Under the pieces are notes generated by a model, which had not been told where the DNA came from, searched no databases, and saw nothing but the letters and a program-made list of their open reading frames with translations. A stretch of 64,000 nt of DNA from Octopus sinensis (lineage: Eukaryota). Position 1 is the first letter of the stretch. Every line of letters starts with the position of its first letter. A program made the translations under genes and the position numbers. This document shows positions 24,364-37,148 of this stretch, in pieces. The DNA lies in the NCBI RefSeq assembly GCF_006345805.1, contig NC_043003.1:101060001-101124000 (forward strand), given 5' to 3'.

Positions 24364-25628
24364 TTAGGTTGTCAAGAAAGTTCTTGTGGGATTTTAAATT
24401 TTGATTTTAAATGGTGTATTTTTAAATTAATATTCATTAAATTACATTGATTTTATATATCATTTTAAAGCCCGGTTTTTGCTCTATCTAATCGTGTTAC
24501 TCTCTTTCTTTTTGAATAATTAGGCCATTTTTTCCAGAACGTTGAATACAATATCAACAAAAAGCAAATTCGCACAATTTTCTTATTCCAGTTCAAGCTA
24601 GACCGAAAAGCTGCTGAAACAGCTCGCGATATCAACGATGCATTTGGCCCTGGAACTGCTAACAAATGTACAGCACAATGGTGGTTCAAGAAATTTCGTA
24701 GCAGTGATGAGAATCTTGAAGATGATAAGCGTAGTGGTTGGCCATTGGATGTTGACAACAATCAACTAAGAGCCCTAGCGGAAGCTAATCCATGCACAAC
24801 TGTTTGAGAGCTTGCTTCTGAATTAAACGTAATGTATACAACAATTTCCAACACTTGAAGGTGATTGGAAAAGCAAAAATACGAATTGAATGACAACCAA
24901 AAAAAGCACCGTTTTGAAGTGTCATCTTCCCTTCTTTTACCCAACAAGAACGACCCGTTTCTCAACCGGACTGGGACTTACAATGAAAAGTTGATTCTTT
25001 AAGACAACTGGTGATGCTCAGCTCAGTGGTTGGACATCAACAAAGCTCCACAGCACTTCCTGAAGCCAAAGTTGCACCAAAAGAAGGTCATGGTGACTGT
25101 TTGGTGGTCTGCGGCCAGTCTCATCCCTCACAGCTTTTTGGATCCAGGTGAAGCCATTACAGCAGAGAAGTACTGTCAGCAAATGGATGAAATGCATAAG
25201 AAACTCTGACAACAACAGCCAGCATTGGTCAATAGAAAAGGACCAATTCTTCTCCACAACAATGCTTGGTTGCATGTAGCAGAACTGACCCTGCAGAAAT
25301 TGAATGAATTGGGCTACAAAACTCTGCCTCATCCGCCATACTCACCAGACCTTTTGCCTACTGACTACCACTTTTTCAAGCCTCTCAACAACTTCTTGCA
25401 TCAGAAATGCTTCAAAAATCAAGACGATGTCAAACACGCCTTCAACGACTTCATCGCCACAAGAACACAGGTGTTTTACACTACTGGCATAAATAAACTT
25501 GTTTCGTGTTGGCAAAAGTGTGTTGATTCTGATGGTGTTTATTTCAATTAATAAAGTTTTGTTTGAGCCGAGATATGTGCATCTGAATTTAAAGTTTAAA
25601 AACTGCAAGAACTTTCTTGACAACCTAA
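24364..25628 (+). mobile_element. Full-length mariner (DD34D, Hsmar1-like), inactivated
   Basis: TIRs TTAGGTTGTCAAGAAAGTTCTTG / CAAGAACTTTCTTGACAACCTAA with TA on both sides. HPPYSPDLLPTDYHFF motif; stops and frameshifts. Confidence 0.93.
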
Positions 25629-25722
25629 TAACTTCCATGAAAGGTCTACAGAACTGGCTTTATCTCCTAGCCTCACAAATGTGTTTATGTTAAAAATTAT
25701 ATTTAAGGGTTAATTATCATTA

Positions 25723-25946
25723 CAGTAATCCCTCGACTATCGCAGGTGTTACATTCCAAAACTCCCTATGATAGGTGAAAATCTGTGGAGTAGAAACAGT
25801 ACTGTACTGTATATTTTTAAAAACTATTTTCATAATTTGTATATATTTATTTTACTATAAATGCCAAAACAACACCACAGAGAAATCAACGTAAGCTTAA
25901 ATAATAAACCGTCATAGGTGAACCGCGATATGGCAAGGAATCACTG
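25723..25946. mobile_element. pogo/Tigger-like MITE
   Basis: TA|CAGTAATCCCTCG ... GCAAGGAATCACTG|TA imperfect TIRs. Confidence 0.75.
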
Positions 25947-25974
25947 TATTCCAATGTTAGGAGGAGACACATTA

Positions 25975-26600
25975 ACACAATTAGTTCTATCTCTGAGTTC
26001 AAATCCTGCCTTGGTTAACTTTGCTTTTCATCTTTCCTGGGTTGATAAAATGAAGTACCGGTCAGGTGGTGAAGAAAGGGATTGATATCAATGACCATTT
26101 GCCTTCTCCCTCTAAATTTCCAACTCTGATTCTGTGCAAGAAGTTATTGTTATCATTAAGGGTAATGAGTTGGCAGAATCATTAGAGCATTGGAGAAAAT
26201 GCTTAGCAACATTTCTTCTAGCTCATTATGTTCTGAGTTCAAATCCCACTAAGGTCCTTTCATTCTTTTGGGGTTGATAAAATTAAAGTATCAGTCAAGT
26301 ACTAAGATTGATGTATTTGACAAACCCCTCCCTCTAAAAAATTGTTAGCCTTGTACCAAAATTTCAAACACTCATTTTTGAGGCTTCAAGCTGACAGAAT
26401 TATTAGGGCATTGGACAAGATGTTAAGTGGCATTTCTTCTGGCTTATCATATTCTGAGTTCAAATCCCCTGAGATCAGCTTTGTCTTTCATCGTTTGGGG
26501 TTCAATAAAATAACAGTGCTGGGGTCTATGTAATTGATTTGCACACTCCCCCCGCCAAAAAAAAAAATTGCTGGCCTTGTCCCAAAATTAAAAATAATTA
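25975..26600 (+). mobile_element. Three tandem decayed SINEs (type B tail)
   Basis: Three occurrences of CTGAGTTCAAATCC ... TTTCAT...GGGTT(G/C)ATAAAAT at ~25995, 26235 and 26455. Confidence 0.75.
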
Positions 26601-26929
26601 TTATTGTTATTCTGATGTTGAAAGTGTTATTTTGCTATCATTATTCTGAATAATTGTCTGTGGTTCCTTATTATTCATACTGCATGGCAGCTGACACAAT
26701 GGCAATTGAATTGAGTCCTGATTGGTTGGTTCTATCAGTGGCCATTGTAATCTCTTATCACCATAGCAATGATAGCCAACATCCAGCCATCTTGTGAGTG
26801 CTTTTTAATTGATTTGTTTCATTATAAATGTAATAAATCTCAGTCAAGATACTCAACATATAAACTGCTGCTGCTAGTGTCATCATTCTTATTTGGCCAA
26901 CCATTGTATTTGGTCAATCACAATAAAGC

Positions 26930-27700
26930 AAACATAATTAGATACATTCCAGCCATGACTACTCCATCTTTTTGTAGTGATCTAGGTTTACATTAAATAA
27001 TGTGTCCTTCCTTTTTATGAAACCTTTAAGTGTGATTCAGAGATGAGAACTAGTTGTTATTTCTAGGTGGTTGACAGACTCGTAGTAGCTCCTTCACATT
27101 GGCTTGTTAAATTGCTATTGTTGTTGTTTCAACCCAGGTCAACTCTGATCAAGCAGATCTATGATCAAAAGCATTTCAGCCATGACTATTCAGCCTTTTT
27201 TAATGTGTAGAGAACCCAATGTGTCCTTTTTGGAGACGGTGGGAATGGGATTTGAGGGAATTTAGTTCTTATTTCTTGCTGGTCAAGTAACAATGTAACA
27301 GTACTTTAGTACTGGATTGAAAGGATTGTTAGAACTGTGGACAAAATATCACTCCTGAATTTAGTAATGTTACTTTATGTTCTGAATTCAACTCCCACTA
27401 TGGTCAACTTGGAATTTCGCCCTTTCAAGATCAGTAAATTATCAGAGGTTGTGTAAACTGAACCAATCCTCCCTATAAAATGTTTGGCTTAGTGTCAAAG
27501 TTAGTAATCATTATTCAGTTATTGTTTCTGAACACCATTTTAGCCCTGATTATGCAGACATCCAGCCATGATCATTCTGTTTGTTTTTTATATATTAGGG
27601 ACTACATAATCCAATATATCAGTCCTTATTTAAGTCATTAAGGTGTAGTGTGATTGCTATTTCTTGCAGATTGGACAATTATGTAAAGGTTTCCCTTTCT
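26930..27700 (+). repeat. Cluster of decayed copies of a dispersed repeat (also at ~33570-33720 and ~56820-57110)
   Basis: Recurring motifs CCAGCCATGAC, AATGTGTCCTT and TATTTCT(A/T)GC. Confidence 0.5.
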
Positions 27701-29839
27701 GGTTATTCATTATGCTAATGTATTTCTTATGAGCATTTTTATTCATTATAAATTATGTTAATGTCTTTCTGCTGATCACATTTTTACTTTATAAATCATA
27801 TCAATGTATGTCTTATAGTCATGTTCATTCCTTATACATTATGTTAATGTATTTCTTAAGAGCATGTTGTTGTTTTTCATATTGAGACCATTCTAAAATA
27901 TTTTGTTTGCACCATTCAAAATTTCTTGTCAGCAATTTACAGCATGGATCTTAGGGAAGTCTACTGGTCCCAAATATGATTTTGTCCTGATTTTACATCT
28001 TGGTTCCAATTATACTTGTGATCCTCAAATATCAAGCAATTATTTGTTTGTGAAAATATGACTTTTCCTTCCTGCCAAAGAAGGATTTGTAGTGGAACAA
28101 AGATGATACTAAGAGTGAAATTTCTCAAGCTTCTTCATCATCAAATTTCAGTGCAAGATGGCATTCACTACCCATTGTCCTTTAGGGAATTTCCTTTACA
28201 GTGATAACTTTTGCATTGATTTAGCCCAGTGCTAGTCATTCTAAAGTGGTGTGGTAAATCCATGAACATCCACAGTTTGTCTTGAAAACTTAATGACAGT
28301 TGTTTTCCTTGCTACACTATAATAAACCACTTCATTCAACTTGCATTGACTCACATTAATATTCTATCAGTTCTGGAACCTTTATAAGTTTGGCATTTGG
28401 ACAGAGTAATGTCCTTCCAATGCCATTCAAGAAATATCTTCTATTGGCAGCCATGATGATGGACATCTTTAGTGTGTGACACATTGTGCTACCTTCAATT
28501 GAGGTCTCTTTATGTAGAGCAAAGATAAGTAAAGGTACACATATCCAAAGTTGATCAACTGGTCCTTTACTAACTTCTTACCTTTAAAGCTAGAGATGTA
28601 CATGGTATTTTAACTGCTATCTGTCTTAAAGCTGTTTTGTCATCAGCACGTTGCCATTTCCATTGATAAAAACAAGCTTTTAGGTTGTTTTAGCAAATTC
28701 CAGTTGCAATTGTTCATTATAATGCCAGTCACATTATAGTTTGTTTCAATAATTACTAATATTTTCAAAGAAAAAACAAAACAAAGGCCTTTGCTATCTC
28801 TTTTGATGATAAATCAATCTTATCTTGTTGAATTTTCAAGAGAAGTAGGTTTGTATTGGCATAGTATTTATGTAATTTCAAAAATGGTACACTGAAAATT
28901 ACATAGAGAACATTTCCTATATTTATTATGTAGTGACACCATCTTGGAAATCTCCAGTATGCATGATCAGGGTTGGAGTCTTCCGGAAGGCCTGCCGGAA
29001 GTTTCCTCATGTACATGCGCAGGAAACTAGCAGCAGCGAAATTCTCTTGTATCACTCTCTTGGACGCTAGCAGCTGAACAAGCAAGACATGTCTTCATCA
29101 GCTCTCTCGAGCTGCTACCTCGTGGCGCATCTCCACTATGCTTGAATGGGCAGGACTGACTCACTCCACTAGACTACTGCCAATAAGCTCCTAGGCTGCC
29201 GATTCGCCCAGGGGAAGGAAATGTTTATATTGCGAATCAAGGAATAAATATTTATACTGCTGAAGCTAATCGGAAATTTTGACTCTTTCTTCGATTAATA
29301 TTTAATGTAAAGGATGCAAGCTGCACCCATCCAGTTAAAATTACAATACACTTAGAAAATAGTTATGTGTGTGTGTGTGTGTGTATTTAGAGAGAGAGAA
29401 AGAGAGAGAGAAAAGGAGGGAGCAGGTGGGAGACATGTGTGTATGTATTTAGGTCAGCTTCATTAAATCAATATGTCTGACTACTAAACATGCAAATACA
29501 TGTACCACAATTTCACAAAAGTTTATTATTTTAAAATCTAGGTGGATGTATGTGTGACAGGAACAAGTCAACTGATTTGGTCGATTACAGTATATTATTG
29601 AGTGAATTTCTGTCAAAGATAGAAATTGTTATCAAATCTGTTTGGGAAAGAATGATATTGTTTTTCTTGCTTTTTTTTTTTTGTTGTTGTGTGTGTGTGT
29701 TTAAATTTTCTCTATAGAAAGAATAAAATATACTTTTATTTTCCATAACATGTTTCTCCATACTTAAGCATCTACAAAACTCAGACAAGAGTCACATATA
29801 CATGTTGGAAAGAACTGCTGTTGCTGTTGCTGTTGCTGT

Positions 29840-30209
29840 TGAGCGAAGCGGTCTTCGTCCCAGAGCTCGCAAGATGGGAGAAGTCTGAAACGTAGTCCTT
29901 CGCTATTCATAAGACCCACAGAAGAGAAAGCAGGTCAACCCCCGACACTGAGAGCATCGACGGATGGATGAATGCGCATCCAGGCTCAGCGGTTGCGTAG
30001 GAAGTCGGGGACAAGAAACAGGAAGAAAGAGTGAGAGAAAGTTGTGGCGAAAGAGTACAAGAGGGGTCACCACCACCCCCTGCCGGAGCCTCGTGAAGCT
30101 TTAGGTGTTTTTGCTCAATAAACACACACAACGCCCGGTCTGGAAATCAAAACTGCGATCCTCCGACCGCGAGTCCGCTGCCCTAACCATTGGGCCATTG
30201 CGCCTCCAC
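29840..30209 (-). mobile_element. tRNA-derived SINE flanked by (CAACAG)n-like repeats
   Basis: Head GGAGGCGCAATGGCCCAATGGTTAGGGCAGCGGAC. The first ~130 nt after the head are shared with 45312-45500. Confidence 0.85.
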
Positions 30210-30631
30210 TGCTGTTACTGTTGCTGCAGCATACAACCTAATCTAAATACAAAAGAAACCCATTTTACTTCAGTACAATGATTCTTCAAACACCAACACT
30301 CTTTGATCACTGATGCCTTGTATTCTTTTTCTTTTCTATTGTTACGGAAAAAAATCTTCTGCTCTCCTGCACAAGCTGCATATTGTCTCTTTTAACCCAG
30401 TGCCTTGCATCTTTCTGTCACCCTCATTGTACCTCACCTCCCACACAATAAACAATTCACCAATTCCTTCCTCCTCTGGAATAACCCCCCCCCCTCTACA
30501 TACAATCTTCTTCTACAAGTAATGACCTACAAATTTGAACATAAACTACATTAATCTCATCAATCTGTTGAAGGAGAGGCTGCAATAGTTATGGGTTCTT
30601 TCCTTTTTATATAGTCTTACATATCATCATC

Positions 30632-30696
<65 letters not shown>

Positions 30697-30720
30697 CACT
30701 GTCGTTGTTGTTGTTGTTGT

Positions 30721-32880
30721 CTTTGCACAGCTTCTAATGCTGGAGATGTACTACAGTGTCGGCTGTTTACTACCAGTGAACTAAGGTAACACTTCTTACT
30801 TTTTGAGCACCTCTGGGGTATTCGAGAAATTCCAAGCAGTGCTGTTTTCTGCAAGTACTCCTCTTATTGCAGCCCCTATTTGTTCCACATACTTCTCAAG
30901 ATTTTTGCTCATTGTTCCCAGGACTCTGACAATTATTGGTACTACTGCTACCTTTTTCATTGACCACAACTGCTTAACTTCCCAAGCTAACCTGTCATAT
31001 CTCTTGACTTTTCTTTCTTCCTTATCACATACCTTGTTGTCAGCTGGGCATGCTATGTCTATGATCCAGCATAGTTTGTTTTCTTTCTCAATTAAGACTA
31101 TGTCTAGCTTCCTATTCTCAATCTCATGGTTGCACTGAATCATAAAATCCCATAGGATCTTTGCATTTCTATTTTCGACAATGCCTTCAGGTTTGTGGTC
31201 GTACCAATTTTTGGCTCTGTCATGTCCTTACTTGTTGCAAAGTGTCCAATGGCTATATTGTCGTGGTGTCTCTTATATTCCTTTTGGGCTAGTGGCATAC
31301 ATTGGCTGGTAATATGCCATACGGTTTCACTGTTTTGTCCACAGATTCTGCACTTATCACTTTCCAATGTGTTGTCTAGTCTGTATTTTATGTAGTTTGT
31401 TCTTAGTGCTTGCTCTTGGGCAGCACAGATTAGGGCCTCTTTTTCCGGTTTTAAATCACTTTTAGTCATCCACAGCCATCCTTTTTCTCTGTCCGTCTTA
31501 TCTTCAACATCCCTATGAAATTGACCATGCATTCTTTTCTTTACCCACATATTTTCAGTTTCATTCATTTTCAATTCCTTGTATAGTGCCTTATCTTTGC
31601 AATCTTTCATCCTACATAATCCTGACCTTCCTACTTCTAATAAAAGTGGTTCTGTGGCATTTTTTACATACCATGCTATGTTATTTTCTTCTGCTCTAAT
31701 GCTGTGTTCGCATCAAATAAGTCCTCTTCCTCCTCTTTTTCTTGGTGCATACAGTCTGTCTTTGTCAATTTTTGGGTGGAGTGACCCATATCTAGTTAGC
31801 AACTTCCTTCTCTTTCTATCTAAGCTGTTTAGTTCATCTACAATCCATGCAATTACCCCTGCTCCATATCTAAGGAGTGAAACCGCCCAAGTGTTGATAG
31901 CTTTGATCTTATTCCTTCTGTTTAATTTCAACTTAAGGATCAGTCTCAGTCTGTGTAAGTACTCCACCTTAAATTTTTCTGTCATTTCTTTCTCCATTAA
32001 TTTATCCATTTCCAAAATCCCCAAGTACTTATAGCCCGTCTCTTCTATCTGCTTCATAACCTCCCCCAACAGTATTGTTAGTCCGTCCATACATTTGATT
32101 TTGCCTCTCTTCGATACTAACACACCACACTTTCTCAGTTCAAACTCCATTCTGATATCAGTACTGAAGGTATATATATTGTTGGCATCCTTTTGTCTCG
32201 GGAGACAATGGAGTTGTGTATGAACTAATCCAGTCTGGTTTTTACATTTCATGTCCTCTCCAGTTTTGTGCAGGCCTGGGCTAGATGTAAGAAAATCATG
32301 GGGTAGCCCAAAGGTCGAGACCTTGCTGACGTAGTCCAAAGGAGTGCAGAGCATTACGTTTGGCACCAGCTTGGTTGCAGGAGCTGCCAGAAGAGTGTCA
32401 AGTCGAACACCAAACCACATACGGGGCTCCACTCCGGATTTCTTTGAAGTTGTCTCCTTTCCGCAACCCTGGATAGAGGCCCATACCAGGTACTGCCTGC
32501 TGGAGCCAGCTGAGCCCAGAACTCATGTCAGGCAGGGTTGTCACTCCCTGAAGTAATGAAGAAAATCGCTACCCACTACCTACAGCACTGAAGGTATACA
32601 CTGTATTAATGAGTGAACTGACTTGGGCTTCATCTTTACCATAAAGTTTAACGTCATCCATGAATGGCAAATGGTTGACTTTTTGCTGGTGGCTTTTGAA
32701 TACATACCCAGTTTTTGCTTTCCTCAGAATCAGTGTCAGTGGTATCAAGCACAGTACAAAGATCAGTGGGGACAGGCAGTCCCCTTGGAAGATGCCCCTC
32801 CTAATTTCTATTGTCCCTAAACTTCTTCCGTATGCTGTCAGGTCCATCCTCCAATTCACCATACTTTTTCCAAGCAATCA
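30721..32880 (-). mobile_element. R4/Dong-clade non-LTR retrotransposon (RT + CCHC + restriction-like endonuclease), 5'-truncated, decayed
   Basis: RGIFQGDCLSPL, FMDD, YKYLGI, CRICGQNSETVWHITSQC and RKLDIVLIEKENKLCWIIDIACP. The 3' end adjoins (AAC)n then (TAA)n. Confidence 0.9.
32175..32598 (-). mobile_element. 424-bp non-coding insert in the Dong RT with a 16-bp target-site duplication
   Basis: CAG(T/C)ACTGAAGGTATA at 32159-32174 and 32583-32598. Removing the insert restores INTVYTFSTDIRMEF. Confidence 0.8.
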
Positions 32881-34914
32881 CTCAACAATTGATGCAATTC
32901 CAAATAAATTTAATTATGGAATGACAGCAAAGACAAAGGAAATCTTTCACATAATGAGACAGTGTTATGAAGATCAGAAATATGAATAAGAACATTTATA
33001 AAACAAGGAATTACCATGGGTCCTGCTAGTAAATATTAGCCATAACAGACTAATGGATCAGAGAATCAAGTAGAATACCTTATTATCTCATCATATTTGA
33101 TTAAGACCTTTTTCCTTTCATTCTTCTCAAATCCCACTCTACAATCTTAAAAATGGAATGGCACATTAGATAATATAATTTTGAAAAAAAGGAAAGATGT
33201 GGTGGTCATGATTGTAAGCATGGTGGAACAGTGGAAAGTGGATACAACAGTAACAACTGTTGTTATTTAAACCCAGATCAGCCTGGTTAAGCATTCCACA
33301 ATATCCTATCCATATGTCATCATCAGACCATCGTCGTTTAATGTCTGCTTTCCATGCTGGCATGGGTTGGGCGGTTGTATTTAGGAATTTACTGCATCTA
33401 GGAATTTACTATGTGTATCTAGGAATCTACAGTTCAATGTGTCCTTTTCTAAGAGGGTAGGATATTGTTTGAGAAATTTTAGTAAACTGACCAACAACAT
33501 TGTTAGTTCATGTTCTTTTTGTAACTGCTGCTCAACTCTACATCACTCTCTACATCAACCTTGATGGAGCAAACCTATAATCAAAGAGATTCCAGCCATG
33601 ACTATCTCATCTGTTTCAGGAATAGTGCATGAAGACCATATTATCCAATGTATTCATACTTTTCAAAGACAGTAGGGAGTAATTTAAGGGCTATTTTTAG
33701 TTGTTACAGTGACCACATACAGGACTTTGTGTTGGACTTCTCAATACACAATCCTGTCAAGGTTTCTTTCCAATCATCTTTCTGAATTCAATAAAATAAT
33801 AACCAATCAAGTATGGGAGATTTCTTTATTCCATTACATCCCTTCTCTAATGAATGTCAACTTCTACCCCTGTCATTATTATTGCTGGTGGCAGTAGTTG
33901 TGTAAGGGTTCCAAGGATAATTATATTTTCAATTTTGCTTCTACAACAATTTAGTCTAATCAATTTACTTTATTTATTCCAAGCCTCCTTTTATCCTCTA
34001 ACTACAATTAATGCAGTTGGAGGGTAAAGTTCCAAAGATTCCTTCCTACCAGACTATGAAGATATAAGATGTGTCAACTGTCTCAATCAAATAGAAATTT
34101 ATTTTAGAAGAATAAAGCAAATGTTAATTTTACAATTCTTGAGTTTGTTTAGCTATCACAGCCAAGATCATTTGTACTGACCTTTGATCATAGAGCAGTG
34201 ATTTTTTTTTTCTTAGTTTTCTTAGTTTATTGTACTTATGTACCATTGGGTCAGTTTATTGTTACATGCCCTGACTACAATCATATAGTAATATCAGTAA
34301 TAAGTTTTGAAACAATGATTTTTATCTATTTACTTGATACACTTTCAGTATGGTTATAATTACGGTTTGTTCACTTCCACACAGTAATATTCATTCCAGT
34401 GGCATCAAACAATATTGTTGTTATCAAGCAATATTTAAGTATCTAAACTTATAACAAAGCACATTATTGTTTCAGTCTTTCTGCAATTACTTTATATCTG
34501 TCTACTGTCCATTACAACAAATGATCAAATCAAAGTTGCCTCTATCCGTCTTTACCATTCCCATCTCTGTCTCAATTTACAAGATGACTTTCATTTTGCT
34601 CTCAACCTAGATCTTTCATGTACCATTTAAAAAAAAATAAAAGTCAAAAATCATAAGAGTGGGTAGCAGGTATTGTGCTTATGGCCTTTGCAGGTCAATG
34701 TTAGCAGGAAAAACATGGACAAGGAGAGAACCAGTGGTTTGATCTGAATGTTTGAAAACGAACACTTCTAAAAGAACCTAAGGATAGCAGAGGAGTCTTA
34801 CATGGTACATCATATTGGGCTTCTGTGTTATAAATTTTCAGCAATACATTTTCTATTTCTATTGCAATTCACAAATCATTGCTTTGCTGTTATTCTGTAT
34901 GAGGTCAATACCAA

Positions 34915-35311
34915 CTCTCTTTACTCTTTTACTTGTTTCAGTCATTTGACTGCGGCCATGCTGGAGCACTGCCTTTAGTCGAGCAAATCGACCCCGGGAC
35001 TTATTCTTTGTAAGCCTAGTACTTATTCTATTGGTCTCTTTTGCCGAACCGCTAAGTGACGGGGACATAAACACACCAGCATCGATTGTCAAGCAATGCT
35101 AGGGGGACAAACAGAGACACACAAACACACACACATACATATATACATATATACAACAGGCTTCTTTCAGTTTCCGTCTACCAAATCCATTCACAAGGCA
35201 TTGGTCGGCCTGGGGCTATAGCAGAAGACACTTGCCCAAGATGCCACGCAGTGGGACTGAACCTGGAACCATGTGGTTGGTTAGCAAGTTACTTACCACA
35301 CAGCCACTCCT
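34915..35311 (-). mobile_element. tRNA-derived CORE-type SINE, copy 2
   Basis: Near-identical to 117-512. Confidence 0.85.
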
Positions 35312-35822
35312 AGGTATATTCTAGTTGCTCAACACAACACTTTCATCAGGAGTAATGATATTTCTTTTCTTGTACTTCGCATGACACTTTAAAGTCACCG
35401 TATTGACAGCGATATGTTCTATATTTCTATATTGCCTGTCCATAGTGCAATCAATATGACATTGAAAATCTATTTTCTTAACGTATATCATGCCATGTGG
35501 TCCAGTTGTTATTATTTATTTCACTATGGCTCCTGATGTATGAGCACTTTTATGAAACCTCCTTGTACTTGCCTATTATTTGCATTGTGAAGAACCCTTA
35601 GATTATCTCATCTTATCATCTTCATACTCTCCTTTACTTTTTTCCTTATCACTGGCTCATCTAGTTAATGATTTTGCATGCCAACAAGAAACTTTTGTAT
35701 AACATGCATAAAGCCATACATGTGACTGTTCCAATAACACATACAGTTCTATATTTATGAGATGAGGAATTATGTACATTATTTACATTTGACAGATATT
35801 TACCCTCATTTTGTTTGTTGTT

Positions 35823-35868
35823 AACACAATGTTTTGGCTGATATACCCTCCAGCCTTCATCAGGTGCC
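35823..35868 (-). ncRNA. Minimal type I hammerhead ribozyme fold, degenerate (G12>A)
   Basis: GGCAC CTGATGA A GGCTG-GAGGGTATAT-CAGCC aAAAC aTT GTGTT. Both lesions are consistent with CpG decay. Confidence 0.65.
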
Positions 35869-35926
35869 TTGGGGAAATTTCAAACCTGAGTTCTCATTCC
35901 TAAGGTACTTTTCAATGTTGTTGTTG

Positions 35927-35974
<48 letters not shown>

Positions 35975-35987
35975 TATTATTATTATT

Positions 35988-36550
35988 CAGTAGTTTTATT
36001 TTTATAATGTGCTCTCACTTCACTACCAAGTGCAGCTCTGTTTGCTTTGGGTATGTGCTGTGGTTTGCTGTGATGGTCTTATGGTTACTGTATTGAAAAG
36101 CATTTTATGTAAGATGTGTGCAGTGCCCAGTAGTGAAATTTTCTGTATGTTTGTAAGTCCTGGTGTTTTTTTTATGAATTTGTCTGAATATTTTTTAGCA
36201 TACCTAATGCGCCTACTATGATAGGAATTGTTTCTGTTTTTAGATTCCACATTCGAGTTACCTCTATTTCCAGGTCTTTGTATTTTGAAAGTTTCTCCAT
36301 TTCTTTGTCATCTGCTGGTATTGATACATCAATTAAAAAGCATTTTTTTTTCTTCATGATCTCTGTCAACTATATCTGACCTATTGGCTTTAATTTTTTT
36401 ATCTGTGTGTATTGGCATATCCCATAGTATGGTTGCTTTCTCGTTTTCTGTGACCTTTTCTGGCGTGTGCTTATACCATCTTTTTTCTGTTGTTATTCCA
36501 TAGTGGTGGCATAGCTTCCAGTGTATGTAGGTCCCAACATGTTGTGTTGT
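35988..36550 (-). mobile_element. R4/Dong 3' fragment embedded in (TAA)n
   Basis: HWKLCHHYG, FLIDVSIPAD, KYKDLEIEVTRMWNLKTETIPIIVGALG and LLGTAHIL. TAA repeats on both sides. Confidence 0.9.
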
Positions 36551-36703
36551 ATTATTATTATTGTTATTGTTGTTGTTGTTATTATTATTATTATTATTAT
36601 TATATTATTATTATTATTATTATTATTATCATTCAGGTTACTGCCTGGAATCAAACTTGGAATCTTGGGGGATTCTGAGTTTGATTTCAGGCAGTGGCCT
36701 GAA

Positions 36704-36784
<81 letters not shown>

Positions 36785-36839
36785 CAACAACATCGGAAAA
36801 TACCTTAGGAATTAGAACCCAGGTTTTAAATTTCCCCAA

Positions 36840-36885
36840 GACACCTGATGAAGTCTGGAGCGTATATCAGCCGAAACCTTGTGTT
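36840..36885 (+). ncRNA. Minimal type I hammerhead ribozyme fold, degenerate
   Basis: GACAC CTGATGA A GtCTG-GAGCGTATAT-CAGCC GAAAC cTT GTGTT. The core is intact; there is one stem II mismatch and a broken stem III pair. Confidence 0.65.
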
Positions 36886-37148
36886 AATAACAAAAAGATG
36901 AGGATAAATATCTGTCAAATGTAAGTATTGTACATACTTTAGATGTTTGCAAGTTAATGATAATTCTTGAGCCCCACCCCTTTCAAAATTTTGGTGTTAA
37001 TGATAGTATACAGTATACCAATATCAGAAGAAAATGTAAGAAGTCAGCCTTCATTTGCCAAAAAGTAACCAAGATAACTTCTGTAGTTCTGCTCATACTA
37101 TTTGCATGCATATATATACCCAAAATTTACCATATATATATATATATA

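Larger units (their letters stand above)
35755..36935. mobile_element. Head-to-head inverted pair of a B-box + (AAT)n + hammerhead-bearing element, with a Dong fragment nested in the left copy
   Basis: 35770-35915 is the reverse complement of 36790-36935. 34-bp central stem at 36631-36664 / 36671-36704. Confidence 0.8.

Noticed and set aside
28765-29085. 106-aa minus-strand ORF in a GC-richer patch as a possible PDE exon
   Set aside because: No convincing splice sites and no PDE similarity; neighbouring frames look like a heavily decayed LINE RT.
29840-29910. Hammerhead-like pieces on the plus strand (CTGTTGA, a stem, GAAACGTA)
   Set aside because: CTGTTGA comes from the flanking hexamer repeat, and the spacing does not fit the core.
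32440-32545. Possible HDV-like ribozyme at the 5' end of the 424-bp insert (CAACCCT/AGGGTTG pairing, CC/GG, a J1/2 hairpin)
   Set aside because: I could not find a convincing P2 partner or the J4/2 catalytic C; the fold is incomplete.
36631-36704. 34-bp stem in which all five non-canonical pairs are G-U on the plus strand, suggesting selected RNA structure
   Set aside because: Five events are too few, and C-to-T/CpG decay of two inverted copies explains them.
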